NCBI GenBank assembly: GCA_937139605.1
Contig: CAKZQG010000043.1
Coordinates: 6,692-70,691 of the forward strand
Direction of reading: 5' to 3'
Length of the DNA stretch: 64,000 bases
From: an uncultured bacterium
GTDB taxonomy: Bacteria > DRYD01
A program made the translations under genes and the position numbers. How positions within the stretch are numbered: position 1 is the first letter of the stretch; every line of letters starts with the position of its first letter. Positions 49,327 to 58,901 of this stretch are shown here, piece by piece. The notes under the pieces were generated by a model. It made no database searches. It was not told where the DNA came from and saw only the letters and a list, made by a program, of their open reading frames with translations.

Positions 49327-49593
49327 ATGGAAGTATTAAAAGTATCATCAAAATCAAAACCGCAAGCAGTAGCAGCTGCTTTAGCTGCAGTAATCAAACA
49401 AGGTAATAAAGTAGAAGTACAAGCAATAGGAGCAGGTGCTATTAATCAAGCAGTAAAAGCAATAGCAATAGCTAGAGGCTACGTAGCACCATTAGGATAC
49501 GAGCTAGTAGCTATCCCTGCTTTTACTGAAGTCCAAATAAACGGAGAAGTTAGAACAGCTATTAAGTTCATAATCAAATCAATAACCCCCTAA
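49327..49593 (+). CDS. spoVS: Stage V sporulation protein S family protein
   Basis: MEVLKVSSKS.P..VAAALA, QAIGAGAINQAVKAIAIARG, PAFTEV.I.GE.RTAIKF. Confidence 0.95.
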   Translation: MEVLKVSSKSKPQAVAAALAAVIKQGNKVEVQAIGAGAINQAVKAIAIARGYVAPLGYELVAIPAFTEVQINGEVRTAIKFIIKSITP

Positions 49594-49773
49594 GAAAATA
49601 TTAACAAAAATTTATATATACTTCTTTAAAAATATTAAATATATAACAATACAAACTTAAACATGTAAAGCTAATTATTCTGTAAAAAAAATTTTCTTAG
49701 GATAAACAGGAATAGTTTTATTTATAATAGAAGGTAATAAATTTTTAATATAATAATAATTTAGGGAAAGGAA

Positions 49774-49858
49774 GCGGGTGTGGCGGAACTGGCAGACGCG
49801 CTATCTTGAGGGGGTAGTGCCCTCTAAGGGCGTGTGGGTTCAAGTCCCACCACCCGCA
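49774..49858 (+). tRNA. tRNA-Leu (anticodon GAG)
   Basis: GCGGGTG/CACCCGC acceptor stem, CTATC-TTGAGGG-GGTAG anticodon arm, long variable arm, GTTCAAGTCC T-loop; CCA not encoded. Confidence 0.96.
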
Positions 49859-49869
49859 TTAACATCATT

Positions 49870-51153
49870 ATGACTCTAATTAGTAAAAACCAACAAATAT
49901 ACGATAAAGCCTCTAAAGTGTTAGTAGGAGGAGTTAATGCTCCCATACGAGCATTCTCTTTAATCGGAATAACTCCTATTTATATAAGTTCAGCTGTTGG
50001 CCCCTACTTAACTGATTTTGATAACAAAAACTATATTAGCTTTATATCAGGCTGGGGTTCCATTATTCTAGGAGATGCATACCCAGATGTTATTAATAAC
50101 TTAAAAAAACAATTAGAAAAAGGCATATATTATGGCTTATCTAATGAATATGAATATCTACTAGCAGAACTAATATTAGAAGCCTTTAATTTTCATGACA
50201 TGGTAAGATATACAAATAGCGGTACCGAAGCTAATATGTTAGCTATAAGATTAGCTAAAGCTATAACAGGTAGAAATAAAATAATAAAATTCGATGGAGG
50301 GTATCATGGTAGTATAGATTACCTACTAATAGAAAGTGGAAGTATGGAATTTGGAGAACAGATTCCATCATCTGCAGGAGTATCCAAAAGATTAATCAAA
50401 GATACAGTTAGTCTACCCTATAATGATATAGAGATTTTAACAGATTTTTTAAATAAATATGGTAATGATATAGCAGCCATAATAGTTGAACCTATTCAAA
50501 CATCAAATATGTTAATAAAAGCAACAAATGAATTTCTAATAAAACTAAGAGAATTATCTACTAAATACTCTATTATATTAATATTTGATGAAGTTTCAAC
50601 AGCTTTTAGAATCAGTTACGGAAGTTGTACAGATATAAAACCAGATATAACAGTTATTGGGAAAGTAATAGGTGGAGGCTTCCCAATTGCCGCTATTTTA
50701 TCTAAAAAAGAATTCATGGAAGTTATGGCACCTATTGGAAGTATGTATCATAGTGGTATTTTCACAGGTCATCCTATATCCACTTTCACAGGATATCAAG
50801 TATTAAATATAATAAAATCAATTGACAATTTTTATAAAAAACTAGAACAACAAACTTTACGCTTTACTAATATTATCAATCAGCTAAAAGATCATTTACC
50901 AACAATAAATATAAATCATGTTAATTCCATGTTTAGTTTATATTTTTCTAATAAAAAAGTAGAATCAATAGATGATATAAAAGAACTAGATATAATGACA
51001 TTTATAGATTTCTATAAATTAGCATTAAAAGAAGGTGTTTTATTTGCTCCACATCCAACAGAAACCAATTACCTAAACTTTGCACATGATGCTAAAATAC
51101 TAGATCTAGTAGCAGAAAAGCTAATGAAAATATCCAATAAATTAAATTATTAA
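49870..51153 (+). CDS. hemL: Glutamate-1-semialdehyde 2,1-aminomutase-like class III aminotransferase
   Basis: LVGGVNAPIRAF, NSGTEANM.AIRLA..ITGR.KIIKFDGGYHG, FDEV.TAFR, IGKVIGGGFPI. Start set at ATG 49870 because the ORF-track start (49834) lies inside the tRNA. Confidence 0.75.
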   Translation: MTLISKNQQIYDKASKVLVGGVNAPIRAFSLIGITPIYISSAVGPYLTDFDNKNYISFISGWGSIILGDAYPDVINNLKKQLEKGIYYGLSNEYEYLLAELILEAFNFHDMVRYTNSGTEANMLAIRLAKAITGRNKIIKFDGGYHGSIDYLLIESGSMEFGEQIPSSAGVSKRLIKDTVSLPYNDIEILTDFLNKYGNDIAAIIVEPIQTSNMLIKATNEFLIKLRELSTKYSIILIFDEVSTAFRISYGSCTDIKPDITVIGKVIGGGFPIAAILSKKEFMEVMAPIGSMYHSGIFTGHPISTFTGYQVLNIIKSIDNFYKKLEQQTLRFTNIINQLKDHLPTININHVNSMFSLYFSNKKVESIDDIKELDIMTFIDFYKLALKEGVLFAPHPTETNYLNFAHDAKILDLVAEKLMKISNKLNY

Positions 51154-51205
51154 CTCTAAACTAATAATGATAAATCATTATTAACATAACTCAATATTCT
51201 TATAA

Positions 51206-52390
51206 ATGATTAACAATCTTAGTAATTATATCTCAAATAATTATGAATTAATATCAAATGTTTTAAAAGAGAATAAAATAATAGGTTTCCTAGTTATTGA
51301 AATATCTAATTCTAATCAAATAAAAGAATTATACGGAAAAGAATTTTATAATAAACTCTTTAGTTTAATTATAAATTTTATTTACAATTTAAAAGGAAAA
51401 GTATATAGATCCGAAGATTTGGTTTTCATAAATGATTTAAAGGATAATCAAATAGTAATATTGTTAATTTCTAAACCAAGAAAAAAAGAAGAATTAGATA
51501 TGTATAATCTAAAAATAGCCGCAGTTAGAATAATTTCTGAAATAAAATATAATCTGTTTTCTATAAACGAATTCAAAGAAATTATTAAAAATATAATAGA
51601 TTCCTTAAGTTATGGATATTGTATTATAAAATACGATGATATGAAAGACATAAAAGACATAATATTCGATGCTTTTAGAGAATCATATATTAGACAAAAA
51701 TTTGACGAATTAAATGATAAAATTATATCTATGGTATCTCATGAATTAAGAACCCCATTAACATCTATTAAAGGTTTTGCAGAAACTATTATCCAAGAAG
51801 ACTTAGAAAAACCAGAAATACTAAAGTTCGTTAATATAATCTATAATGAAGCAGATAGACTAAACAGATTAGTTAATTCTTTATTAAATTTATCTCGATT
51901 AGAATCAGCTAAAGTAAATTTTAATATAAAGAAAATTGATATAAAAGAAATCATTGAAAATGTTATTGAATTAATGTATCCCAAAATGAAAAATAGCAAC
52001 ATAAAATTAAATAGAGATTATGATGATGATATAATTTATGAAGTTTTAGCAGATGAAGATAAAACTGAACAAATTATTATAAATTTAATTGATAATGCTA
52101 TAAAATACTCTCCTAAAGGTGGCACAATAACTATCGGCATAGAAAATAGAGAAACAGAAGTTTTAGTATATATAAAGGACACAGGGATTGGGATTCCGGA
52201 AAATGAAAAATCAAGAATTTTTGAAAAATTTTATAGAACAACAATCTCAAGCTCAATAACTCAAGGAACCGGCTTAGGATTAGTTATTACTAAATATTTA
52301 ACAGAAGGTCAAGGAGGGAAAATCTGGTTTGATAGTCAAGAAAACATAGGCACAACTTTTTACTTCACTTTACCAAAACCACTAAATTAA
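51206..52390 (+). CDS. Soluble sensor histidine kinase (HisKA + HATPase_c) with a degenerate GGDEF-like N-terminal domain
   Basis: SMVSHELRTPLTSIKGF, NLIDNAIKYS, DTGIGIP, IFEKFYR, GTGLGL; no TM segment. Confidence 0.88.
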   Translation: MINNLSNYISNNYELISNVLKENKIIGFLVIEISNSNQIKELYGKEFYNKLFSLIINFIYNLKGKVYRSEDLVFINDLKDNQIVILLISKPRKKEELDMYNLKIAAVRIISEIKYNLFSINEFKEIIKNIIDSLSYGYCIIKYDDMKDIKDIIFDAFRESYIRQKFDELNDKIISMVSHELRTPLTSIKGFAETIIQEDLEKPEILKFVNIIYNEADRLNRLVNSLLNLSRLESAKVNFNIKKIDIKEIIENVIELMYPKMKNSNIKLNRDYDDDIIYEVLADEDKTEQIIINLIDNAIKYSPKGGTITIGIENRETEVLVYIKDTGIGIPENEKSRIFEKFYRTTISSSITQGTGLGLVITKYLTEGQGGKIWFDSQENIGTTFYFTLPKPLN

Positions 52391-52450
52391 AATAAAAAAA
52401 CAAAAAAACTAATTAAAATAAAAAAATCAAAAAAATAAGGAGTGTTTATT

Positions 52451-54376
52451 ATGAAAATCACTAAAATTGACATAAATACTCTAAAAGAAATTTCCAATGT
52501 AATAAGAAGAGATATTTTAATTAGTACATATACAGCAGGTAGTGGACATCCTACTACTTGCCTGTCAGCAGTAGAATTATTAGTTAGTTTATTTTTTAAC
52601 TACTTAGTATTTGATAACGAGAATTTTGGGAGTATACATCAAGATGAGTTTATATTATCAAAAGGTCATGCTGCTCCTTTACTATATTCCATTTATAAAC
52701 ACACAAAAATAATAGATGAAGATTTAAATAATTTAAGGAAATATAAATCTTTATTAGAAGGTCATCCATCTGTTAGGTTAAAAGGAGTAAAGTATGCTAC
52801 AGGTTCTTTAGGACAAGGATTATCTATCGCTTTAGGTGCCGCTTGGAGCAGAAAATATAAAAATTTACCATCTAAAGTTTATGTATTAGTAGGTGATGGA
52901 GAATTAGCAGAAGGTAGTATATATGAATCTGCTAATTTAGCTAGCTTTTATAAATTATCTAATTTATGTGTTATAGCAGATATTAACAGGTTAGGGCAAA
53001 GCGGACCAACGATGTTTGAACATAATTTAATCGAATACCAAAAAAGATTTGAAGCTTTTGGATTTAACGTTATTCTAATTGAAAATGGACATGATTTTAA
53101 TTTAATTAATCAAGCATTCGAATTATTTATAAATGAATACTCTAAAACTAATAAACCTACTATCATTTTAGCCAAAACATATAAAGGCAAAGGTGTATCT
53201 TTTTTAGAAGATAAACTAGATTGGCATGGAAAACCTATTACCAAAAAAGAAGAATTAGAACTAGCTTTGAAAGAAATCCCTAACCCTAATATAAATCCTT
53301 CTGATTTTATCAATTATAAAAGCTATTCTGTTTTAAATGGAATAACTTCTATAGAATTAAAAATAAATGAAATAGAAAATAAATTAGAATCTTTTATAAA
53401 GGATTTTTATTTAAAAAATAAAGATAAAAACATAGCTACAAGAGAAGCATTTGGTAGAGGATTAGAATTTTTAGGTTCATTAATAAATAATCTAGTTGTA
53501 ATAGATGGAGATGTTAAAAATTCTACTTATACTTTATATTTCGAAAAAGAATTTAAAGATAGGTTCATACAAAGTTATATAGCAGAACAAAGTATGGTAG
53601 GTTTTATGTTGGGGTTATCAAAGAATGGTTTTATTCCAGTAGCTTCTACATTTGGAGCTTTTCTAACAAGAGCCTACGATTTCATAAGGATGATGAATTA
53701 TTCACAACCAGAGTTAGTTATATTATGTGGTACTCATGCTGGAGTTTCAATAGGAGAAGATGGTCCATCTCAAATGGCTTTAGAAGATATATCTATGTTT
53801 AAACCCTTATTTAATACAACCATAATTTATCCATCAGATGCTATCTCTACTTTAAAATTATTATTTAATGTATTTATAGATTACTTAAAAGGTAATTTAA
53901 GGGGAGTAGTTTATTTTAGAACATCTAGACCAGCTACCTCTATTATATATGATTATAATCATAACTTTAAAATAGGGGAAAACACAATTATAAAAGAAAC
54001 TAATAGTAATGTTAAAAAAATAGGGATAATTAGTGCAGGGGTTGTTCTTCATGAAGCTATTAAAGCTTGCGAAAAACTAGAAAAATCGGAAAATATATCA
54101 TTTAGATTAATTGATTTTCACACAATAAAACCAATTAAAAATATAGAAGAACTAATAAAAGATGTAGAAAATTTTATAGTTTTTGAGGAACATAGTAAAG
54201 ATGGAGGTATAGGAGAGTCAATTGCACCGCTTATAGTAAATAAAGTAAAATATTTTGAAATAATAGGAGTAGATAGCATCCCTGTTAGCGGTAGTCCTAA
54301 AGATTTACTTAATTATTTTAAACTAGATAGTGATTCTATTTATTTAAAAATTAAATCTTTAAAAAGTATAATATAA
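52451..54376 (+). CDS. tkt: Transketolase (single chain)
   Basis: AGSGHPT, LSKGHAAP, EGHP, TGSLGQGL, GDGELAEG, DINRLGQS, IAEQSM, GEDGPSQM. Confidence 0.92.
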   Translation: MKITKIDINTLKEISNVIRRDILISTYTAGSGHPTTCLSAVELLVSLFFNYLVFDNENFGSIHQDEFILSKGHAAPLLYSIYKHTKIIDEDLNNLRKYKSLLEGHPSVRLKGVKYATGSLGQGLSIALGAAWSRKYKNLPSKVYVLVGDGELAEGSIYESANLASFYKLSNLCVIADINRLGQSGPTMFEHNLIEYQKRFEAFGFNVILIENGHDFNLINQAFELFINEYSKTNKPTIILAKTYKGKGVSFLEDKLDWHGKPITKKEELELALKEIPNPNINPSDFINYKSYSVLNGITSIELKINEIENKLESFIKDFYLKNKDKNIATREAFGRGLEFLGSLINNLVVIDGDVKNSTYTLYFEKEFKDRFIQSYIAEQSMVGFMLGLSKNGFIPVASTFGAFLTRAYDFIRMMNYSQPELVILCGTHAGVSIGEDGPSQMALEDISMFKPLFNTTIIYPSDAISTLKLLFNVFIDYLKGNLRGVVYFRTSRPATSIIYDYNHNFKIGENTIIKETNSNVKKIGIISAGVVLHEAIKACEKLEKSENISFRLIDFHTIKPIKNIEELIKDVENFIVFEEHSKDGGIGESIAPLIVNKVKYFEIIGVDSIPVSGSPKDLLNYFKLDSDSIYLKIKSLKSII

Positions 54377-54401
54377 AACAAAATATCAAAAATCAAAAAT
54401 T

Positions 54402-55127
54402 ATGATAAATCAAAACCAAAACCAAGAACAAAACTTAAATCAAGAAATAAAAAAAACAGAAAAAATATTACTAAAAGGAGTAAGTAAATATTATAGAACA
54501 GAAGGAGAAAAAGTTTTAGCTTTAAATAATATTAATTTATGCATATATGAGGGTGATTTTATAGGTATAATGGGGCCAAGTGGTGCAGGGAAAAGTACTT
54601 TATTATTAATTATAGCTACTATAGAGCGTCCATCCTTTGGGGAATTATACATTGATTCAATTCCTACAAGTGATATGCTAGATAGTGATTTACAATTAAT
54701 AAGATTAAATAAAATAGGGATGGTATTTCAAGATTATTATCTTATTTCATCGCTTAGTGCTTTAGAAAATGTATTACTTCCTTTAGAAATAAGTAATAAA
54801 TTTAATAATCCAGTAAAAAGAGCAAAAGAATTATTAAAAATGGTAGGCATAAAAGAAAACAGATTTAATGATAATATTAATAAGTTTTCAGGGGGAGAAA
54901 AGCAAAGGATTTCAATAGCAAGAGCTCTAACAAATGATCCAGATATAATTATAGCAGATGAACCTACCGCAAATTTAGATACCAAAAACTCTAAAATAAT
55001 AATGGATATATTTACTAATATTAATCAACATCTAAAAAAAACTATAATAATAGCTACTCACGACCCTAAAGTTCTAGCTTTTACAGAAAAAATATATTTC
55101 ATTAATGATGGGAAAATATCTACTTAA
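54402..55127 (+). CDS. ABC transporter ATP-binding protein (LolD/MacB-type), no adjacent permease
   Basis: GPSGAGKS, IGMVFQ, SGGEKQRISIARAL, ADEPTANLD, ATHD. Confidence 0.92.
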   Translation: MINQNQNQEQNLNQEIKKTEKILLKGVSKYYRTEGEKVLALNNINLCIYEGDFIGIMGPSGAGKSTLLLIIATIERPSFGELYIDSIPTSDMLDSDLQLIRLNKIGMVFQDYYLISSLSALENVLLPLEISNKFNNPVKRAKELLKMVGIKENRFNDNINKFSGGEKQRISIARALTNDPDIIIADEPTANLDTKNSKIIMDIFTNINQHLKKTIIIATHDPKVLAFTEKIYFINDGKIST

Positions 55128-55154
55128 TCAAATATGATTAATAAATAATTACTA

Positions 55155-56674
55155 ATGAGTAAAATTTTAAAAGAATTTCAAATTGATAATGAAATTAAAG
55201 AAATAATATTTTCTACAATTAATGATTATTTTATGTTATCGTATAAAGATAAGGTATTATTAATGTGTTCTGGAGGTCCAGATAGTACTTTTTTATTGTT
55301 TTTTTTTACCTATTTTTAAAAAGTAAGTATGATTTAAAAATTGGGGTCTTTCACTTAGATCATTTAATCAGATCTGATTCATATAAAGAACTAGATTTAT
55401 TACTAAAATATACCAAAGAATTTAATATAGAATTTTTTTCTATAAAAGAAGACGTAATAAAATATTCAAAAGATAACAAATTAAATTTAGAAGAAGCAGG
55501 GAGAATATTAAGATACTCATCAGCTTTAAAAATAGCTAAAAAACATAACTATAACAAATTAGTTACTGCTCATAATCTTAATGATTTAATATCTTCTTTT
55601 TTTATTAATTTTATTAAATCTAATCATTATTTAAATTTATTTAATTTAAATCCAATTTTTGATTTAAATAATATAGTAATTATAAGGCCGTTATTATTTA
55701 TTCCAAAGCAAGAAATACAAAAAACTTTAGATATTAATAAAATAAACTATATTTTAGATAAAACCAATACAAACCCTAAATACCTTAGGAATTTCATAAA
55801 TATGAATTTTACTAATAACTTTATTAACGCAATGCTATCAAAAACAAGTATCTTAAAAAACTACTATTTTTTTAAAAATGTTTTTAATTTCATTAAAAAT
55901 TATAAAGATGCAATTATAAATATAGCTAAAACAAAGTACATTTTAGATATACTATTTATAAAACTAAACGATAAGTATGATAACTTCTTAATTACTGAAT
56001 CCATTTTTTTTAATTTAAAAAAATTCTTTAGTGAAGTTTATAGTAATTTCAAAACCATAAATATAAACTATGAAAATATAAAACTATTAGTAGAAAATAA
56101 AGTTTATAAAATAAATATTATAAAAGATTGGTTTTTATTAAATGATATACAAAATAAAAATACAAAATTTATATTATTTAAGGCAAAGTTTAAATTCTAT
56201 TTTAAAATAGATTTATCAGAAATTAATAAAACCAAAAAAGAAATTCAAATTGAAATAAGTAATTTAATAATAAAGATAAAATCAGTTGAAAAAATTTATA
56301 ATTTAGAAAGCTTTTTAAAAGAAAACATAGAAAACTTAAAAGAAAAATCTAAAGATATAAATTATGCTTTTGGATTTTGTTTTGATAAAATAATTATAAG
56401 GAACTGGAAGGAAGGAGATTATTTTAAGCCATATGGACTTAATGGGAAAAAACAAAAATTAAAAAAATTTTTTATAAATAATAAATTTAAGGAGTATGAA
56501 AAAAGTCGGACATTAATTTTCGAAGATCAAACCGGCATCTTTCTATTATTTAATTATATTAATAAAATAAAAAGAGGGAGAGAATTATTTAATAATTTAG
56601 AATTTTTAAAATTTTTTAAAGAAAATAATGGAGTTAATTTTATAGAAATCTGGGTATATGAAAAAGAACAATAA
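55155..56674 (+). CDS. tilS: tRNA(Ile)-lysidine synthetase, interrupted by a -1 frameshift in a T9 tract
   Basis: First frame from ATG 55155 carries SGGPDS then stops at TAA 55317. The second frame from 55307 gives HLDH, LEEAGRILRY, TAHNLND, IRPLL, DKTN..KYLRN and a TilS_C-like IRNWKEGD. One extra T in 55299-55307 joins the two frames. Confidence 0.88.
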
Positions 56675-57413
56675 AAAATTAAATATAAAAGAAATCATAA
56701 TAGACATAGGGTTAGATGAAGTAGGTAGAGGCTCATTATTTGGCCCCTTAGTTATAGCTTCATTTATGATAATTAAAATTGATAATAAAAATCCTTATCA
56801 AAAAATTGAACTAAAAGATAGTAAAAAACTAACTTATAATCAAAGATTAGATTTATTTAAAAAAATAATAAATATAATAAAAAATAATAAAGATATTTCT
56901 AAAATCTATTTTTGCTTCATTTCAAATGATATCATAGATAAAATCAATATACTAAATGCAAATTTACTAGGGTTTGAAAAATTAATTATTCAAAATTTAA
57001 AAAATATTTTAAATAATAAAGTAATTGTCAAAAATATAAATAAGGTAAAACATATTAATTTTTATATAGATGGAGATAAAAAACCTAAGGATATAGAAAA
57101 TAAAATTCAAGAATTTTTAAAAACTTATCATAGTTTTGAAATGCTAAAAAATAAAATAAATATATTAAATTATATTAAGGGAGATAGTAATATAAAGGTT
57201 ATCCAGGCAGCAGCGATTTTAGCCAAAGTAACAAGAGATAAATACATACAATATTTATCTAAAAAATATCCAATTTATGATTCCCGCTATAATTTATATA
57301 ATAACAAGGGCTACTATGAAGAAGCTCATATTAAAGGTATAAAAAATTATGGTTTAACAATTTACCACCGGAAATCCTTCTTAAAAAAATATCTTCAACA
57401 AACCCTTTTTTAA
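56658..57413 (+). CDS. rnhB: Ribonuclease HII
   Basis: GLDEVGRGSLFGPLV, KDSKKL, IDG, KGD...IQAAAILAKVTRD, NKGY, HRKSF. Confidence 0.93.
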   Translation: MKKNNKKLNIKEIIIDIGLDEVGRGSLFGPLVIASFMIIKIDNKNPYQKIELKDSKKLTYNQRLDLFKKIINIIKNNKDISKIYFCFISNDIIDKINILNANLLGFEKLIIQNLKNILNNKVIVKNINKVKHINFYIDGDKKPKDIENKIQEFLKTYHSFEMLKNKINILNYIKGDSNIKVIQAAAILAKVTRDKYIQYLSKKYPIYDSRYNLYNNKGYYEEAHIKGIKNYGLTIYHRKSFLKKYLQQTLF

Positions 57414-57463
57414 GTAATATGATTCTTCGGAATTATACAATGCTAGTTAAGTTAGCAGAAGTA

Positions 57464-58507
57464 TTAAGCAATAGTAGGATTTACAGAAGTTTTTTCAAAT
57501 AACTTCATAACAGGAATAATAGCTATATTAGCAAATAATTTAGTAAGTCCAATATCCTTTAATTTATTAGCAATAAAGTCCCAGGCTCCAATTAAGCCTA
57601 AGATTCCTCCTACTATAGTTCCGACAGCTGCACCTACTGGTCCCCCTATAGCTGTTCCAATAGCAGCTAAAGCAACAGTTCCACCTATATCTAACACTTT
57701 TCTTATAATCAAATCAGCCAAATCAACTCCTTTTTCTTGTATAGGTTTATTGCTTATCAATATGTCCACAACTTGCTTAATAGATAATATAGCATCTAGA
57801 GCTTTTCCAATAATACCTGCTACCTTAGCAAATGGTCTTAATTTAGTCATAATTTTTTTAGTCATATCTGAAAGCATCTGAGTTACTTTATTATTTAATA
57901 TCTTTTTTATTGCTGGGAATTTTTTAGCCAATTCTTTTGATAACTCTGCCATTTTGGTTCCTACTTTCCCAAGTTTTTTAATTTTTTTAAATACCCTACT
58001 CACTTGTTGACAACCATCTAAAAGTCCTCTTATAGAATTAGCTAAATCTGGAAACGCTTGTTTTAACGTAATTACTCCATTTACTACATCTTCCAAATCT
58101 GTTGTTTTTTGTAATAATTCCATTGTTTTGTTTAAAGTAGTAGCTTGCTCAATAGAAGATACTTTATTACTTGCTGCTTCTAATATCTGAATTATTTGGT
58201 TCTTAATCTCTTCTGCTTTAGATTTTAATTGATTTTCATCTACCTCATTTGCATTTTGGTTACTCTCTAGTCTATTTGCTAAATCCAAAATATCTTCTTT
58301 ATTTTCCAGTTTATTTGTTTCTATTGAAGATAATGCGCTTTCATAATTAGAAACTAAACTTCCTTGTTTTCTCAAGCCTTCTTTTAAATCCGCTCTATAA
58401 GAAACATTATCTTTTTTATTTGTTTTATTTTTATTCCTGTTTATATTTTGATTATTATCAATAATAGCATAATCAGAAATACTTGGTCTAAAATCTATAC
58501 TATCTAT
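57464..58507 (-). CDS. Hypothetical protein with amphipathic helices and a C-terminal Gly-rich hydrophobic hairpin (pore-former/translocator-like)
   Basis: Frame open from 58507 (ATA, just after SD GGGGGGAGG) through the ORF-track segment 57464-58375; GGTVALAAIGTAIGGPVGAAVGTIVGGILGLIG near the C-terminus. The start is uncertain. Confidence 0.7.
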   Translation of the reverse strand: MDSIDFRPSISDYAIIDNNQNINRNKNKTNKKDNVSYRADLKEGLRKQGSLVSNYESALSSIETNKLENKEDILDLANRLESNQNANEVDENQLKSKAEEIKNQIIQILEAASNKVSSIEQATTLNKTMELLQKTTDLEDVVNGVITLKQAFPDLANSIRGLLDGCQQVSRVFKKIKKLGKVGTKMAELSKELAKKFPAIKKILNNKVTQMLSDMTKKIMTKLRPFAKVAGIIGKALDAILSIKQVVDILISNKPIQEKGVDLADLIIRKVLDIGGTVALAAIGTAIGGPVGAAVGTIVGGILGLIGAWDFIANKLKDIGLTKLFANIAIIPVMKLFEKTSVNPTIA

Positions 58508-58581
58508 TCATCCTCCCCCCAACATTTTACTATTAATAATATATTTCATTTTTTATTTTTTAAACCTAAATTAAAAAAAAA

Positions 58582-58598
58582 TTAACAAAAATTTTACA
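58582..58598. promoter_or_regulatory. TTAACA-N5-TTTACA box upstream of the pore-former-like gene
   Basis: Exact TTAACA-aaaat-TTTACA, with a third in-phase TTAAAA at 58571. Confidence 0.6.
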
Positions 58599-58901
58599 AA
58601 ATTAAATAACTCTATAACATCTAAAGCAAATCCTTTTCTGAAGTAAAAAATATTATTTATTCAAAATAGAAATAAAAAATATTAGAAAAATCTGAATTAT
58701 TTTACTTATAGAATAGTCAGCTTAAGCATTGAAATTTGGAAGCTTGATATAGCAAACAACAGTTCGTTTTTACTACATCCACATCTTTAAAAGCTGCTTT
58801 AAAAGCTTGATTTCCTCCTGTTTTATTCTCTACTGATACCTAACAAGCCCTATTTCATAATATTCAATTTCCATTTCATATATACTTCTTGCTAGTGTTT
58901 G

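Noticed and set aside
49834-49869. ORF-track N-terminal extension of the hemL-like gene
   Set aside because: It lies inside the tRNA-Leu T arm and acceptor stem; the ATG at 49870 fits the family start
58640-58880. Possible small gene remnant between the pore-former-like gene and the 58902 gene
   Set aside because: Only short broken frames (MEIEYYEIG..., VSVENKTGGNQAFK...) with no recognisable family; cannot be supported
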